Positions 1-11,929 of a stretch of DNA of 64,000 bases are shown here, one piece after another. The first letter of the stretch is position 1. Every line of letters starts with the position of its first letter. The position numbers and the translations under genes were made by a program. The notes beneath the pieces were generated by a model, which was not told the origin of the DNA, searched no databases, and was given only the letters and a program-made list of their open reading frames with translations. The DNA is from Macrostomum lignano (lineage: Eukaryota), in assembly GCA_002269645.1 (NCBI GenBank), contig NIVC01002720.1, positions 62,001 to 126,000 on the forward strand, read 5' to 3'.

Positions 1-87
1 TGCTGAATAGTAGAAATTTCAACGTCTGCTTTGACAAAAAGTGTAATCTTTTTTCAGATTTCTCCTTATACTAATCGCCTTTCACAG

Positions 88-370
88 CGGTTTCTGCATC
101 GAGCTGGGGGCAGCAATCGCCGTGCTTCTGGCATCCAACGTCGGCATCTCCAATCAGCACCACCCACTACTGCAGGTTGGCAGCGTCGGCTTCTTTTGCA
201 GCGGGAAAAGCGTGCGCTGGTCGATTTTTCGCAACATTCTGCTCGCCTGGCTGGTCAAGCTGCCCGTTAGCGCCGCGATCAGCGCCGGGATCATGGCCGC
301 GCTGCCTGCGCGTCACTGCAATGTGACGCTGATCAACCACAAAATTAAGAGCTGCGCTGAATTTTCCTGA
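88..370 (+). pseudogene. SLC20: Last coding exon of an SLC20/PiT sodium-phosphate cotransporter, with compensating frameshifts (pseudogene or assembly error)
   Basis: CTAAT branch point and ttcacag acceptor at 81-87. Then GFCIELGAAIAVLLASNVGI / PISTTH (150-167, shifted frame) / VGSVGFFCSGKSVRWSIFRNILLAWLVKLPVSAAISAGIMA, matching the PiT C-terminal PHO4 signature (GFSIEL...GLPISTTHCKVGSV...DWRLFRNIFMAW). Confidence 0.8.
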
Positions 371-1655
371 TGTGCATCCCATCCAGATTTGGCGGTTCCA
401 TCATATGGCTCATGGCACCCGCATCGTGACCATTAAAAAAATCAGCTTTAAGTAAACATTAATCGCGTCTACATTATATTTGTTTATGTTCGTTGTGTTA
501 AACTAGTTTACTTTCGTTACATGTATTAAACGAGCTAAATTAGGCTTGTTCCATTATGCAGTGTTTGAAATACGAGTACTCGAGGCGCTTCAATGCTAAC
601 ATAGAAAACTATAAATTTTCTTTCAATTCCTCTGTGATTTCGTTAGAATCCCTCTTGTTGCAAGGAATACAGATGCATGTCACACAGCTACATGTAAATG
701 CATGCATTTAAAACCCACATATTTCGTTTTAAGAATTTTAATTCATTTTAAGGGCAACAAAGTAGTTAAGTAGTTATATAAGTCAAAGTCAAAGTCAAAG
801 TCAAAGTAGTTAAGTCAAACTAGTTAAGCCTAGTGTAGAAGTTTGGTACTATAGTCCATGATTAATTTTAGTCCAAGCTGTGCTGATACGCTGTTCTTTA
901 GAGAGTTATTAAGACCATTAAAATCTTCGGTGAAGCCTAAGTGGAAAAAAAAGTTGTGGTGAATTTTAGCAACAAAACCTGTTGTTTGGTGAATTATTAT
1001 CGTGAAGAGGCAGAAAAATTGCATACGTGCTATACATACAGTAAAAATTAAACGTCGATTTTGGGCACTTGGGCCCAGACCCAGACAGACGTGATGATAT
1101 TTAATTGAAGTCCACGTTCTGCCAATGAGGAAAACCTAAATTTTCTTGCTAGGTGTAAAATTATGCAGTAAATGCTTTAAAAACGCAGAAATATCTCGCT
1201 AAAATTACTTCTTTATCGAGCTAGCCACACATTGCTATCAAAGCTTAGTTTTAACGTGTGAATGGCTAAGATTATTTCCTGGAAAAGCTACCACTAGTTC
1301 GAAAGAGAACTGAAATTCCATTTAATTTGCATGTAGATCTAATTGTTAATTATGATGAACGTTAATTACGTTGTTAAGTTGTGTAACATAATATTTTTAT
1401 TGACCTACCGTATTGTAATGATCAGTTGATGATTTGTTGTCTTTTTTATCTATCATACGACATTTAAGGCTTTTGCCAAGGACTACATAGGGTTTGGGTT
1501 TCTGCTTGTGCCTAGGGTTTCGCTTAGCCTTAGGTTTATTTGAGTGAGTTTTTGTGAGTCGTTTTTATTTTCCTGGGAGGTTCTTGTTGACAATGGCATC
1601 TGGGTCAGTGACTAGAATGCCCTGATAAAGCTTAAGATCAACATTTATGGCGAAA

Positions 1656-1693
1656 ACCAACGCGTTTCAACCCACTAGGGCCGTCGTCAGGGT
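1656..1693 (-). ncRNA. Minimal type I hammerhead ribozyme motif (copy 1)
   Basis: Exact reverse complement of 1816-1853. Confidence 0.7.
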
Positions 1694-1762
1694 ATATTTT
1701 AACGATATAACGCTTAATTAATAGCAAATAAATAAAGCTTAAGATCAACATTTATGGCGAAA

Positions 1763-1800
1763 ACCAACGCGTTTCAACCCACTAGGGCCGTCGTCAGGGT
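1763..1800 (-). ncRNA. Minimal type I hammerhead ribozyme motif (copy 2)
   Basis: Exact reverse complement of 1816-1853. Confidence 0.7.
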
Positions 1801-1815
1801 ATATCGTTAAAATAT

Positions 1816-1853
1816 ACCCTGACGACGGCCCTAGTGGGTTGAAACGCGTTGGT
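1816..1853 (+). ncRNA. Minimal type I hammerhead ribozyme motif
   Basis: acc-CTGACGA-c-GGCCC-tagt-GGGTT-GAAA-CGCG-TT-ggt: CUGANGA core, helix II, GAAA, palindromic ACGCGU helix III, GUU cleavage triplet, 3-bp helix I. Confidence 0.7.
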
Positions 1854-4056
1854 TTTCGCCATAAATGTTGATCTTAAGCTTTATTTATTTGCTATTAATT
1901 AAGCGAGCAACTCTACCACAATGCCCTGATAATACTTAAATTGGTTGTATGTAGCGATAGCCGATAGTTTTGCTGTCTGGCAGAAGCAGCAAAGGAGAGG
2001 ATGACTATGAGGTAGCAATGCCAACATCAACATCACAACATGCAGCATCTTTGTTTTGCCATAGTTGATATGGAGCCCCATGCGCTTCCCCTCATTGGCC
2101 AGCCAACTCACCACTCTCTGTGCAGCTTCAAGGCTTTAGCAAGTCAGCGCTAAGTCATTGGCATATAAGTAAGGCAGGTCAGCTTGATGCAAGGAAAGCA
2201 AGAGTGGGGGGGGGGGGGCTAGGCCTAGTGTAGCACCACTTCATAGCCATCTTCACCACACTCTAAATCTGTTACACAGGTACAGATCTAGAATTTTTTT
2301 AATAAGTATTAATAGTTAATCTATTAATAAGCATTAAGATTTTTCGTTGATGTTGATGTTAATAGATTGCTAAAGAAGTTAAAAGAAGTTAAGACATTAC
2401 AAATGTATTTGAATTTACCTAAATGCCTAATTAGCCTAATCTCTTTTTTATTTATGATGATAATGATGCAAATATAACAACTTCTTACTAATGAACTTTA
2501 ATAATGAATTAAAATTGTGAACTTTATTGCTTGCACATGAGCATCTGCCAATCCCTGGCATCAATTGCTTTTATTCACTTCTTTTCCAATCTCTTCTGCT
2601 GCACCTGCTAATGTTACTCAAACAACCTGCCTATTTGTATTTTACCCTATTGGAATAAATGTTGAAAACCTGCGGATGCATACTTTAGAAAAGAGTCAAA
2701 CTATTTTAGGATTATTAGAGATTATTATTTAGCTTTAGGATTATTAAAGATGTTCCAAAAGAGCAGTTTCATCAAAATCAAAATTCACTAACTTTCCAAA
2801 ATTAAAATTGAAATTTTCCAAAATCATAATTTAGAAAAACAAAGTTTAGCATGACCAACACTCACTTTTTTACTTTTAATATACTGCTTATTATGCAAAA
2901 CAAAATACATATATGTGTAATAGAAAAAAGTTTTTTTAGCAACCTTATAAGACATTTCCAAAATTTTGACTTCTAAATTTTTTGAAAATTGAAATTCTCT
3001 CTTAAGAAAATTAAACTTTGGAAAATCAAAATCAAAATTTTGGACATCTCTAAGCTTTATAAATTAAAAGACCCCTTCCACAGAGGTATTAGACCCCTTT
3101 CCATGTATACATATTTGCTGGAGCAGCAGCCAGCAGGAAAGGGCACCATGCACGTAGGTGCTAGCACCTTGTGCGCACTGCGCTTTAAAAAAAATTCAAA
3201 AGAGCATTGGATGCTATTTGCGGTTTTACTACTTTTTCCTATAGGGGTATTTTATTATTAACTATTTAGCTTTTAAGTTTCAAATAAATAAATAACTCTT
3301 TTACTGTATCCTTACTTTTAGTAGTATTATGATAAGTTTAAAAAATTATTATTTATTACTTTTTTAGCTTGTAAATCCCTTAGATGACCTCTGTGTTTCA
3401 CTAATAAGATGGAAAAGCAAAGACAATGTTTTATAAAAAAGTGCTTGATTTCTATATTATGTGTTAACTTTAATGGATTAATGCTTATTAACAATTATCA
3501 GTTAACTTAACAAAATTAATAGTTAATAAGTTAATATTTTTTTGTTTTAATGTAACACTTTTGCCTTGCCATTAATGGAAATTGAGATTTTCATTAACAG
3601 TGCCCAACACTCATTGTATGCTAGAATTTTCTATAATATATTAATATTCAAAGTGGGATATCTATATTGCACAGAGCCAGCTACATAGATTACATGATTT
3701 AATTGATTAGGATAACTAATTAAATGGGGATAAGGTGTTGCCTAGGTAGTGGCAAATTTAGATAATAGATATAGGGCCATAGTCATTCAAGACAAAAAGC
3801 TAGGCCTAGCCATATTGCAGCATATTGGCCTATTTAATTTATTATATTATTTAGCCTTTTTAATGCAACTTCTTAAGTTACAATTAGGAGTTTTGAATAA
3901 AAAAATTTTTTTTATAGTTTATAGTTTATTTAATAGTTTAATAGTTTACTCTTTTTGGACAAAACTATTTTATAATATATTTGGTCTTCTTAGTGCAATA
4001 TCCATGTATAAATAAATAAATAATATTCATTTCAGCCTATCAAGTTGCACAGGCAG

Positions 4057-7000
4057 ATGTCACAAAATTACCAGGTATTGGGAATTATTGATCGAGGCAG
4101 GCCTGGTGTAGTGATCTACAAAGTGGTGGACAATGCTCAGGCCAGGTGTGTGTTTTATACTTGTAACATGATGATACTGTACCAACATTGAAGCTACTTC
4201 CTGTTTCTTACTCCCTATAGGAAAATATTCCATATTCCTGATTTTTCATTAGAGTATTGGATCATGCAGACTTAGTGCTTGGTATTTTTGTATCTTTTTG
4301 TATTGCTTTATATTCTTTTATTGCTAGTCTTCAGTAGGCAATCGTAATAGGAATTCAAATGAGTGCCACATACATACTAGTATAAGTAGACATGCCACTT
4401 AAAAAATGCAATCATCTAATCTTTTAGTAGCATTGTAAGACTAGCAACCTTTTTTGTATTGATAAAAAATTAATTTTTTTGTTTTTAATGCCGCGAAAGT
4501 TGCCTCTGGCTCTCTACAAGCAGACCGATTCAATTAGCATCTTCAAGCTGCACCCAAATCCAGTGCATGTGCATAGCGAGCAAGAGAGAGAAGGGGTGGC
4601 GCTCCAGCCAGACCGAAAACAGTTTGGCTTTCCTCTTACCCGCTTGTATCTGACTTTCACCTCCTTACTGATCTCTGATTGGCTAAGCCAGACTGCCAGA
4701 TTGAGCCTGCCCCCAAGGCTGAGTTTCGTCCGTCTCACTTTCACCTCTCTCCTTACTGCTCTCTCATTGGCTGAGTCAGATTGGGCCTGCCCCCTAGTGT
4801 TCCCTCTTGCGTTCACTTGTGTGTGTACATTGAGTTAAATGCTTCTTGTTCATTCTACGAGTGTTCCTAAAGGTAAAGGCCACAAACCCCGAAGAAGAAA
4901 AGGAAATTTTAGCTGCCAAATTAGATTTAAGTGACACTGCGCAGACAAACTACTGAAAAAGAGTAGACGCTCTTTTTTTCACAACTTTAATTGCGAGTGA
5001 CATATCTCGTTACTCTCATATATTTTTATGTGACTAGTAATGGGAATTTAGTTTCAACAAGTCTTACCTTTCTGACGGTATTGAATTCTGGTCACTTAAA
5101 ATCTTGCTGCTAACGTAGTGGAATCACCCTGTTACTTATCAACTTTATCGAAACAGAATCTTCGCTATGAAGAAGGTGTGCTTAGACAGCGAAGAAGAGA
5201 CGCGGTCAAGGTCCTTTGTCGAACGGGAAGCCAAGCTGCTGCAGAGGCTGTCCTGCTCGCATCTGGTCTGGTGCTACGCTGCCTTCGCTAACGAGGACTG
5301 CACCACCTTCTCCATTGTCACTGTGAGCTAAATTGTTTTTTATTTTTACATGCTGCTCATAGTGACAATCTGACATGGCTTTTACTATTTCCTGGAACTT
5401 TAGAATTAGACTTTGGGACATCAAAGTGGACATTGGGCCCTCAAGTTAGACTTTAGGGGCGCCAAAGTAGACTGAGGATCCAAAGTAGACATTTCAGGCG
5501 CCAAAGTAGACATTATAGGCGCCAAAGTAGACATTATAAGCGCCAAAGTAGACATTAGAGGCGCCAAAGTAGACATTATAGGCGCCAAAATAGACATTGG
5601 AGGCACCAAAGTAGACTAAGGATTCAAATTAGACATTGGGGGCGCCAGAGTCGACATAGAGGATCCAAAGTAGACTGAGGATCCAAAGTAGACTGAGGAT
5701 CCAAAGTAGACATTGGAGGCGCCAAAATAGACATTGGATCTAAAGTAGCCATTGGGGAGTCAAAGTAGACATTGGGGAGTCAAAGTAGACATCGGGGAGT
5801 CAAAGTAGACATCGTGGAGTCAAAGTAGACATCGGGGAGTCAAAGTAGACATCGGGGAGTCAAAGTAGACATCGTGGAGTCAAAGTAGACATCGGGGAGT
5901 CAAAGTAGACATCGGGGAGTCAAAGTAGACATTGGGGAGTCAAAGTAGACATCGGGGAGTCAAAGTAGACATTGGGGAGTCAAAGTAGACATTGGGGAGT
6001 CAAAGTAGACATCGGGGAGTCAAAGTAGACATTGGGGAGTCAAAGTAGACATCGGGGAGTCAAAGTAGACATTGGGGAGTCAAAGTAGACATCGGGGAGT
6101 CAAAGTAGACATTGGGGAGTCAAAGTAGACATTGGGGAGTCAAAGTAGACATCGGGGAGTCAAAGTAGACATTGGGGAGTCAAAGTAGACATCGGGGAGT
6201 CAAAGTAGACATCGGGGAGTCAAAGTAGACATTGGGGAGTCAAAGTAGACATTGGGGAGTCAAAGTAGACATTGGGGAGTCAAAGTAGACATTGGGGAGT
6301 CAAAGTAGACATCGGGGAGTCAAAGTAGACATTGGGGAGTCAAAGTAGACATTGGGGAGTCAAAGTAGACATTGGGGTAGCCAAAGGAAGCACTGGGATA
6401 CTACTGCAAAGCGGAGGTCAAGAATTCTGTTCAAAAGCAATCTCAACCTCGAACGTTCCCAAAGGACTATTGCGAAGGCGGAAATCTCGCTAAGCACATC
6501 GCCTGTAGGAAGATGGTGAGCTTGCTAATAGCATAAATTATTCGGATAAATTCCTAATTCGAATACTATATTAACTAAGCTTGTACATGTGTAAAATTTT
6601 TCAGACCAATGAAATTTTCGACGAAGACGAGATTATGCATGTAAGCTGCTCTCAGCTTCATTTCTAGTTGAACACTGTTATATTTGTAATTTATTTTCAT
6701 TGCGCTTCATTTTGGCGCGTTTTAACTTTCTATTTTAGTGGTTCGTTCAAGCCACTCTTGGTCTGAACTATCTGCATAATAACGGAATTCTTCACAGGTG
6801 AGGCATCGGACTGACTGATTTTGTTTTATGCAGTAAGAGCAGTCTGTCTTGGTTGTGTTTCTTGGTATTTTCTTTTACCTGCTCTTCTAGATGCCAATCC
6901 ATCCTCTTAGTCTTTGTTTAGGATGTCATTTAATCTCTTAGTCTTTGTTTGGAATGCCACCTCATCTGGTCTTTGTTTGAGATGCCAAACACATCTTCTG

Positions 7001-10000
7001 GTCTTTGTCTGAGACTCAGGTGCCAACCTCATCATCTGGTCTTTGTCCGAGATGCCACACACATCTTCTGGTCTTTGTCTGAGATGCCACACACATCTTC
7101 TGGTCTTTGTCTGAGACTCAGGTACCAACCTCATCATCTGGTCTTTGTCTGAAGCTCAGGTACCAACCTTATCATCTGGTTTTTGTCTGAGACTCTCAGG
7201 TACCAACCTCATCATCTGTTCTTTGTCTGAGGCTCTCAGGTACCAACCTCATCATCTGGTCTTTGTCTGAGACTCTCAGGTACCAACCTCATCATCTGGT
7301 CTTTGTCTGAGGCTCTCAGGTACCAACCTCATTATCTGGTCTTTGTCTGAGACTCTCAGGTACCAACCTCATCATCTGGTCTTTGTCTGAGGCTCTCAGG
7401 TACCAACCTCATCATCTGGTCTTTGTCTGAGACTCTCAGGTACCAACCTCATCATCTGGTCTTTGTCTGAGGCTCTCATGTGCCAACCTCATCATCTGTT
7501 CTTTGTCTGAGACTCTCAGGTACCAACCTCATCATCTGGTCTTTGTCTGAAACTCTCAGGTACCAAACTCATCATCTGGTCTTTGTCTGAGGCTCTCAGG
7601 TACCAAACTCATCATCTGGTCTTTGTCTGAGGCTCTCAGGTACCAACCTCATCATCTGGTCTTTGTCTGAGGCTCTCAGGTACCAACCTCATCATCTGGT
7701 CTTTGTCTGAGACTCTCAGGTACCAACCTCATCATCTGGTCTTTGTCTGAGACTCTCATGTGCCAAGTCCAGCTTCTAGTCTTTGTCTGAGACTCTCAGG
7801 TACCAACCTCATCATCTGGTCTTTGTCTGAAACTCTCAGGTACCAACCTTATCATCTGGTCTTTGTCTGAAACTCTCAGGTACCAACCTCATCATCTGGT
7901 CTTTGTCTGAGACTCTCATGTGCCAAGTCCAGCTTCTAGTCTTTGTCTGAGACTCTCAGGTACCAACCTCATCATCTGGTCTTTGTCTGAAACTCTCAGG
8001 TACCAACCTTATCATCTGGTCTTTGTCTGAAACTCTCAGGTACCAACCTCATCATCTGGTCTTTGTCTGAGACTCTCATGTGCCAAGTCCAGCTTCTAGT
8101 CTTTGTCTCACTGTCACGTGCCAACCCCAACTTCTAGTCTTCGTCTCAGACTCAGGTGCCATCCGGTATAAAGTCCATTGTAGACAAAAATGTTCAAATT
8201 ATAATCCAAAACCATTGCAGAGATCTTCGGCCCAGCAATGTGAATCTCACCAATAGAAACGTAGCCAAGCTGTGCGATTTCGGCTTCTCAAAATGCGTCG
8301 ACAATTTTCTCGATCTAATTAACGGAGTTGTTGGCTTGCCGTTCTATCAGTCGCCTGAGGCCTGCAACTTCAACGCCTACACGTCAAAGTGCGACGTTTG
8401 GGTAAGTGTGATGTCATGTCTGACAGGTGATGTCATGTCTGACAGGTGATGTCTTGTCTGACAGGTGATGTCATGTGTGACAGGTGATGTCTTGTCTGAC
8501 AGGTTATGTCATATCTGGCGGGTAATGTCATGTCTGACAGGTGATGTCAAGTCTGACAGGTGATGTCATGTGTGACAGGTGATATCATATCTGACAGGTG
8601 ATATCATATCTGACAGGTGATGTCATATCTGACAGGTGATGTTCTATCTGGCGGGTAATGTCATGTCTGACAGGTGATGTCATGTCTGACAGGTTATGTC
8701 ATTTCTGGCGGGTAATGTCATGTCTGACAGATGATGTCATGTCTGACAGATGATGTCATGTCTGACGGATGATGTCATGTCTGACAGGTTATGTCATATC
8801 TGGTGGGTAATGTCATGTCTGACAGGTGATGTCCTATCTGGCGGGTAATGTCATGTCTGACAGGTGATGTCTGTCATGTCTGACAGGTGATGTCTTGTCT
8901 GACAGGTGATGTCATGTGTGACAGGTGATATCATATCTGACAGGTGATATCATATCTGACAGTTGATGTCATATCTGACAGGTGATGTCATGTCTGACAG
9001 GTGATGTCCTATCTGGCGGGTAATGTCATGTCTGACAAGTGATGTCATGTCTGACAGGTAATGTCATGTCTGACAGGTGATGTCAAGTCTGAAAGTAATG
9101 TCATGTCTGACAGGTGATGTCATGTCTGACAGGTGATGTCATATCTGACAGGTGATGTTCTATCTGGCGGGTAATTTCATGTCTGACAGGTGATGTCTGT
9201 CATGTCGGACGGGTGATGTCATGTCTGACAAGTGATGTCATGTCTGAAAGTAATGTTATGTCTGACGGGTGATGTCAAGTCTGAAAGTAATGTCATGTCT
9301 GACAGGTGATGTCATGTCTGACAGTTGATGTCATATCTTACAGGTGAAGGTAATGTCATGTCATTCAAGTGATGTCATGTCTGACAGGTGATGTGAAGTC
9401 TGAAAGTAATGTCATGTCTGACAGGTTATGTCCTATCTGGCTGGTAATGTCATATCTGACAGGTGATATCATATCTGACAGTTGATGTCATATCTGACAG
9501 GTGATGTCCTATCTGGCGGGTAATGTCATGTCTGACAGATGATGTCATGTCTGACAGGTGATGTCATGTCTGACAGGTTATGTCATATCTGGCGGGTAAT
9601 GTCATGTCTGACGGGTGATGTTATGTCTGACAAGTGATGTCATGTCTGACAGGTGATGTCAAGTCTGAAAGTAATGTCATGTCTGACAAGTGATGTCATG
9701 TCTGACAGGTTATGTCATATCTGGCGGGTAATGTCATGTCTGACGGGTGATGTCAAGTCTGAAAGTAATGTCATGTCTGACAGGTTATGTCATATCTGGC
9801 GGGTAATTTCATGTCTGACAAGTGATGTCATGTCTGACAGGTGATGTCAAGTCTGAAAGTAATGTCATGTCTGACAAGTGATGTCATGTCTGACAGGTAA
9901 TGTCATGTCTGACAGGTGATGTCCTATCTGGCGGGTAATGTCATGTCTGACAGATGATGTCATGTCTGACAGGTGATGTCATGTCTGACAGGTTATGTCA

Positions 10001-11929
10001 TATCTGGCGGGTAATGTCATGTCTGACGGGTGATGTTATGTCTGACAAGTGATGTCATGTCTGACAGGTGATGTCAAGTCTGAAAGTAATGTCATGTCTG
10101 ACAAGTGATGTCATGTCTGACAGGTTATGTCATATCTGGCGGGTAATGTCATGTCTGACGGGTGATGTCAAGTCTGAAAGTAATGTCATGTCTGACAGGT
10201 TATGTCATATCTGGCGGGTAATTTCATGTCTGACAAGTGATGTCATGTCTGACAGGTGATGTCAAGTCTGAAAGTAATGTCATGTCTGACAAGTGATGTC
10301 ATGTCTGACAGGTAATGTCATGTCTGACAGGTGATGTCAAGTCTAAAAGTAATGTCATGTCTGACGGGTGATGTCAAGTCTGAAAGTAATGTCATGTCTG
10401 ACGGGTGATGTCAAGTCTGACAACCTTATCTGGCAGGTGATGCCAATTCTAATATTTAATGCATCAAATAACAATTCCTTGTCTGGCTAGTGATAAAGTG
10501 TCTGATAATTTTGTGTCCAACAAGTATTAGGCTAGTCTTAATTTTCAGTTAAACTCTTTCGTTATTGTTATATCTAGTGCTGTTGATAAACTCCCCCAGT
10601 CCCTCGGCTGCCTGCTGTACGAGCTGGCCTGCCTTCGGCCGGCTTTCTACTTGGAGTCTGGCGCTCGCACTGTCCTTGACCGGGTCAGGCGGGGCAGCTT
10701 CGCCAAGCTGGACCGCCGCTCGCTCGGTTTGTCCTCGGCGCTGACCAGCCTGGTTGACGAGCTGCTGCAGGTGAGGGCGCTTTTTGTCTGAGGATATCTC
10801 ACCGCGACCCCTGGTTCGATTCCGTGCGCAAACACATTAATTTGGCTTCCACACCCGTGAGAGCCAGCCCCCAAGGCACAGAGAGTAAATCTCTGACTAG
10901 AAAGTCGGCTGTGCACCCTGTGTGAGCGAGTGTTTGAGTGCGTGTCTGCGCACAGTATTGGGCGCACGCTAGAAAAATAATAGACTTAGTACTAATTAGA
11001 TGACGAGGCATTAAGCCTGAATAAGGTAGTCATAGTTACTCTTACCGTTTACCCAAAATTGCGTTAATTTTTGCTCTACAGTTTCTTTCAAAGGTAAGTC
11101 GCATTTTTGGTAAAAAAAAAGTCTAAAAAAATTATTTTGGGATTTCGTCTGTCTGTCTGCGATATCCCCACTTTTCCCTAACCGGCTGGCCCTCACTCCA
11201 CAGGTGTCGTGGGAGAAGCGGCCCTCGTGCAGGCGGCTGCTCACGCAGGGCAGTCTGGTCCGGCGCCACCTGGCCCAGTTCAGCAGCCTGGCGGAGGAGA
11301 ACGCCGAGGAACGTGGCGGCGTCACCAGCCGGGCTAGCGGCGGCCTTCGGGGCGGCTCCGCGTCGCCGTCGGACTCCCCGCGTCGCGGCAGCCGCGGCAG
11401 CGCCACAGAGCGGCCGCTGTCGCGAATGTCGCGGATCCAGACACCCCGGCCGAGGCCTCGCTGGTCCGCGGCGGGCAGCGCCGGCGGCGGCAGGGCCGGC
11501 ATCGTGCCGGAGGAGACGGACGACCTGGAAGACCTCATTGACATGCGGGACAACGGCAGCAGCAGCTCCGAGGACTCCGACGATGACGACGACGCGGGCG
11601 GAGCTGGAAGCCGCGGCCGGCGCCACCAACAACGCGGCGGTCGTTACAATGACGACGAGGCGGCCGAAGACAACGACGATGATGACGAAGCAAGCAGCAG
11701 CAGCGACGAGGAGGAGTGCGCTGACACGGAGGATTGGGCGCTAGTGCTTGAGGAGGCCCGACGCGCTGTTGAGGACGGCCAGTCCGCCGCAGCGGCCGCC
11801 GCCGCCTCCGCCCCGGCGGGGTGCTACGACTCTGTCGCCGATTGCCTGTTTGACGCCTACGGCGTTGATGGCAGCTGCGTCGACAAATCCGGCCGACACG
11901 TGTGCGCCGAGTACCTCCGGAGCGTGTGA
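4057..11929 (+). CDS. NEK/NIMA-related serine/threonine kinase, 8 exons, acidic C-terminal tail
   Basis: Exons 4057(acceptor 4036)-4145, 5157-5322, 6465-6515, 6605-6640, 6739-6797, 8221-8401, 10600-10770, 11204-11929. All GT-AG with consistent phases. Motifs: FAMKK, VEREAKLL, DYCEGGNL, WFVQATLGLNYLH, HRDLRPSN, DFG, GLPFYQSPE, KCDVWSLGCLLYELACL, KRPS. Confidence 0.88.
5420..6377. repeat. 20-bp minisatellite (CAAAGTAGACATTGGGGAGT) in kinase intron 2
   Basis: Regular 20-bp period 5751-6377; degenerate copies 5420-5750. Confidence 0.95.
6930..8155. repeat. 40-bp minisatellite (CTTTGTCTGAGACTCTCAGGTACCAACCTCATCATCTGGT) in kinase intron 5
   Basis: Visible 40-bp periodicity. Confidence 0.95.
8408..10435. 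repeat. 19-bp minisatellite (GTGATGTCATGTCTGACAG) with 415-bp higher-order duplication, kinase intron 6
   Basis: 19-bp period. Identical spurious ORFs at 9653 and 10068 mark the 415-bp block duplication. Confidence 0.95.
10800..10985 (+). mobile_element. 5'-truncated tRNA-derived SINE fragment
   Basis: Begins CGCGACCCCTGGTTCGATTCC (B box). The matching 5' half of the head occurs at about 18088-18140 (GCAGCTCAGTAGTTAAAG...CGCGACCCCTGGT). Confidence 0.5.
10987..11120 (-). mobile_element. Internal fragment of the 28S-carrying hAT MITE family (copy 1, no TIRs seen)
   Basis: 10991-11054 reverse complement matches the conserved 28S segment at 52/64. The adjoining sequence (cccaaa...gcgttaatttt...gtcgcatttttgg) matches 29680-29760. 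Confidence 0.7.

Larger units (their letters stand above)
1616..1932. mobile_element. Penelope-like element terminal (pLTR) fragment: tandem plus inverted copies
   Basis: Unit copies at 1625-1708 and 1711-1804 (direct) and 1812-1905 (inverted; 94-bp arms, 7-nt loop). Flanked by the 13-bp direct repeat AATGCCCTGATAA (1616-1628, 1920-1932). Each copy carries a minimal hammerhead motif. Confidence 0.65.
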
